Shown here piece after piece: positions 61,650-64,000 of a stretch of DNA of 64,000 nucleotides. The stretch lies in the NCBI GenBank assembly GCA_036172245.1, contig JAYWIR010000001.1:1798001-1862000 (forward strand). Reading direction: 5' to 3'. The position numbers and the translations under genes were made by a program. Origin of the DNA: Raillietiella orientalis (Eukaryota). The notes under the pieces were generated by a model, which worked only from the letters and a program-made list of their open reading frames with translations, made no database searches and had not been told where the DNA came from. Each line of letters starts with the position of its first letter. Within the stretch, counting starts at the first letter, position 1.

Positions 61650-62900
61650 GGACCACGAGGAGCGGCCATTTTCGCGTCTTCCGTTGTTTTCCGTTTTGCT
61701 TGCCGGCGTATGTGTTCGAGAAGATTTCGAGGATGCCTCGAGGGTTGCCTTCGAGTTCGCGGCATCCGGTCGTGCCACGTGCCCGCAGGGCAGATGCAGC
61801 TGCTGCCGGTGCGGGCTAGCAAAGCATCTTCTCCGGGAAGGATCGTTTGCAAACTCCGCCTTCTCGTCTTGGACCACGCCGCGGAGTGTTGACGATTCGC
61901 ATCGCGCCGCGTGGACCGCCGCCACCTCCACGACCCACGGGAATGCTGCACACCCCAACGGAGACCGTGCGAGCCGCGAGGTGCGCTGCCCGCCGGCGGA
62001 CCCCCATTTCCCTCCTTCCCTCCCTCCTTGCTCCCCCAACTCGTCACCCCGAGCGATGTCCTCCCGGTCTGGCGATCTCGCGTTTCTCTCCGGTCCGTCG
62101 CCATGCGACGGAGGTTGCAGCGCCCGCACCGTGCGGATAGCCTGCATGTTTGAAGGACGCACGCCTCCTGCCCGCGCGTTCACCGCGTCCGGGCCAGCGG
62201 TGCCGAAGCGACTGCGGAGCGAGGCGAGCATGATGGAGGCAGGGACCACCGGGGGCAGACGGACTCCGGCAACGGGACACGAGCCGCCTCCTCGCGATTG
62301 GGACCCTCTCTTCCCTGGCGGTCTCAGGGAAGCTCTGCCCGCTCCCTGCTGTTCGCTGACCCCTCCCCGTTCCGCGATCCGCGCGGCTCCGCTCGCGGAC
62401 CCCGAGCGCGTCGCGAGTGGCGACGTCGGCCATCTTTGCGTGCGGGACCTTCCCATCCCTTTCCACCACCCGACCGGGGTCCCCGGTCGGTCTGCTCGCA
62501 GGGAGAAATTCGCTTCCATGGCGACGGAGGAGCGTGGGCGCTCCCGACCACGAGGACCTTTGGATTCGCGCCCGCTACGCGAGAACCCTGGGCCGGGGCC
62601 CGGGTGTTCGCGCCGCTCCGTGCTTCCTGGCACGCCACCCTGATCGGTGACATGCGTGGAGACCTTTCCGGAAACCTTCACGCGGTCCTCTTGCGCGAGA
62701 CTGTGGCGATTGGCTGCAAGAAGGAGATTCCGCGCTGCGCCAGCGACGATGCATGCAGCCGCCCTGCCTCGGTGCACTCTGCGGTCTCGCAGGCAGGGAG
62801 AGGAAGATCCGACCAACCAACCTCGGGCGATTCCCGCACCACCGAGCGCCCGTACTGAAGATGTGCGCCTCCTTCCCAGTGCCCCCCTCCCCGTCTTCCT
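61650..62900 (-). mobile_element. Decayed L1/Tx1-like ORF1 (RRM-like plus zinc knuckles)
   Basis: VRLPPVVPASIMLASLRSRFGT...FPWVVEVAAV...VCKR...FASP...CGHVAR, similar to the Tx1/ZCCHC3-type ORF1 layout; the knuckles are degenerate. Confidence 0.55.
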
Positions 62901-64000
62901 GACGGACGGCACTCACCGGGTTCCGTCCCCACCTCCCGAGCCGCCCTGCAGCGCCAACGGTCAAGGAGGCGACGGAAACCCTCGTGCGGGACGACGTCTC
63001 CGTAGCAACGCGTCGAAACCATGGACGCGGAACCCGCTCCTGAAGCCCGCCCGATGGCGGGGACGCGTGGCCGCCCGCAGAGCCCACCCCAAGCTGCTGA
63101 ACCACTCGAGCGGGCCCGACGACAACCCCAATGGACAGACCAGGAGAGTGGGAGAACCCTGCCGAAGAGGGAGCGGGTACTGGGGCTCGGAATCGTGCCT
63201 CGCAGCAAAGAAATAGGGGAACAAGAGCTGCCCTTGGTGGTTCCCGGATTCCTCCCCGTTCCAAGGGAGGCGTAGCGATAGGGCGGCGCTAGGGCGACCC
63301 GGACTGACCACTGAGGACTCCGAACAGTTCGCTTCCCGCGGCAACTACCGTGGCATTTGGCTGTTGGGATGCATCAGAAGAAGGGAAATGTGCCCATGGG
63401 ACGCGCGGGATGCGAAGAAAACCGGAGCGATCGCGCAAGACCCAAAACAGCCTGGAATATTTCCAGGAATTCATCCTCCTCTTCCCCCCCTTGCCCCTCC
63501 TTCCTTCCCCCCAAAAGCCGGACTCCACGGCGCCTTGCTGTCCACGGTGGGCAGCCGTCACGGGATACGGAATGTGGACGTGGAAGCGGCTGGAAGGACG
63601 GGTCCTGTGGAACGATCTCCTCGTGTTTCGACCACGGAGGAATCGCGATTGGATAGAGGAATGTTCAAGATGGGTCCTTCCCGGCGCGTGGGGACAGGGA
63701 AACTGAGATCCATATGGTCACCTTCCAAAGCTGCTCCAAGAATTGACAACGTCGAAGGTGGCGACGGACCCGCAGACCGACATGGAGGGAATCTATGAAG
63801 GGTGACTGCAACGTCCCCGTCCCATGGTGAGACCACGATTGGCCTCTCTATCATGAGCTCCGCAAAGAAAAAGACAGAAGATATTGGCCAGATGCGCGTG
63901 GCGTCCAAGGACCCTTAATTTTGGAAAACATAAAGCTGATCTCCCTATTACAGGCCCAAAAGTGTGATGAAACGATGCTTGTTCTTACACGGAATAAATT

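Noticed and set aside
63500..63900. Possible endonuclease remnant (VFRP, GDCNVP)
   Set aside because: Only two weak motifs near the window edge; insufficient support.
1..64000. CRISPR array, prokaryotic defence system or horizontally transferred operon
   Set aside because: No regularly spaced repeats and no intronless bacterial-like gene cluster; all recognisable genes are spliced eukaryotic genes.

Overview
Eukaryotic, probably invertebrate and possibly arthropod, genomic DNA; no prokaryotic operons or CRISPR arrays. Three intact spliced genes were traced by hand. (1) A 9-exon polypeptide GalNAc-transferase (GALNT/pgant family; +, 31051-43049, ~590 aa) in a GC/CpG-rich, repeat-dense domain. 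(2) SPAG7 (+, 48117-51233, ~213 aa) and (3) VPS41 (-, 56609-53274, ~863 aa), a convergent housekeeping pair in an AT-rich, CpG-poor domain (~44.7-59.4 kb) with very short introns (many 38-47 nt). The rest is mostly decayed mobile DNA: about 6 copies of a long (~0.6-0.77 kb) tRNA-headed SINE, many L1/Tx1-like LINE remnants, an internally deleted piggyBac carrying a nested LINE fragment, a hAT MITE with a perfect 8-bp TSD, a Tourist/PIF-like MITE with a TTA TSD, a probable Penelope-like remnant and microsatellites. I found no clearly novel biological system; the best leads are the intron architecture, the compositional mosaic and the SINE. Nearly all long ORFs in the six-frame track outside the three genes are spurious or TE-derived. 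All calls rest on manual reading and motif recall, not database searches.
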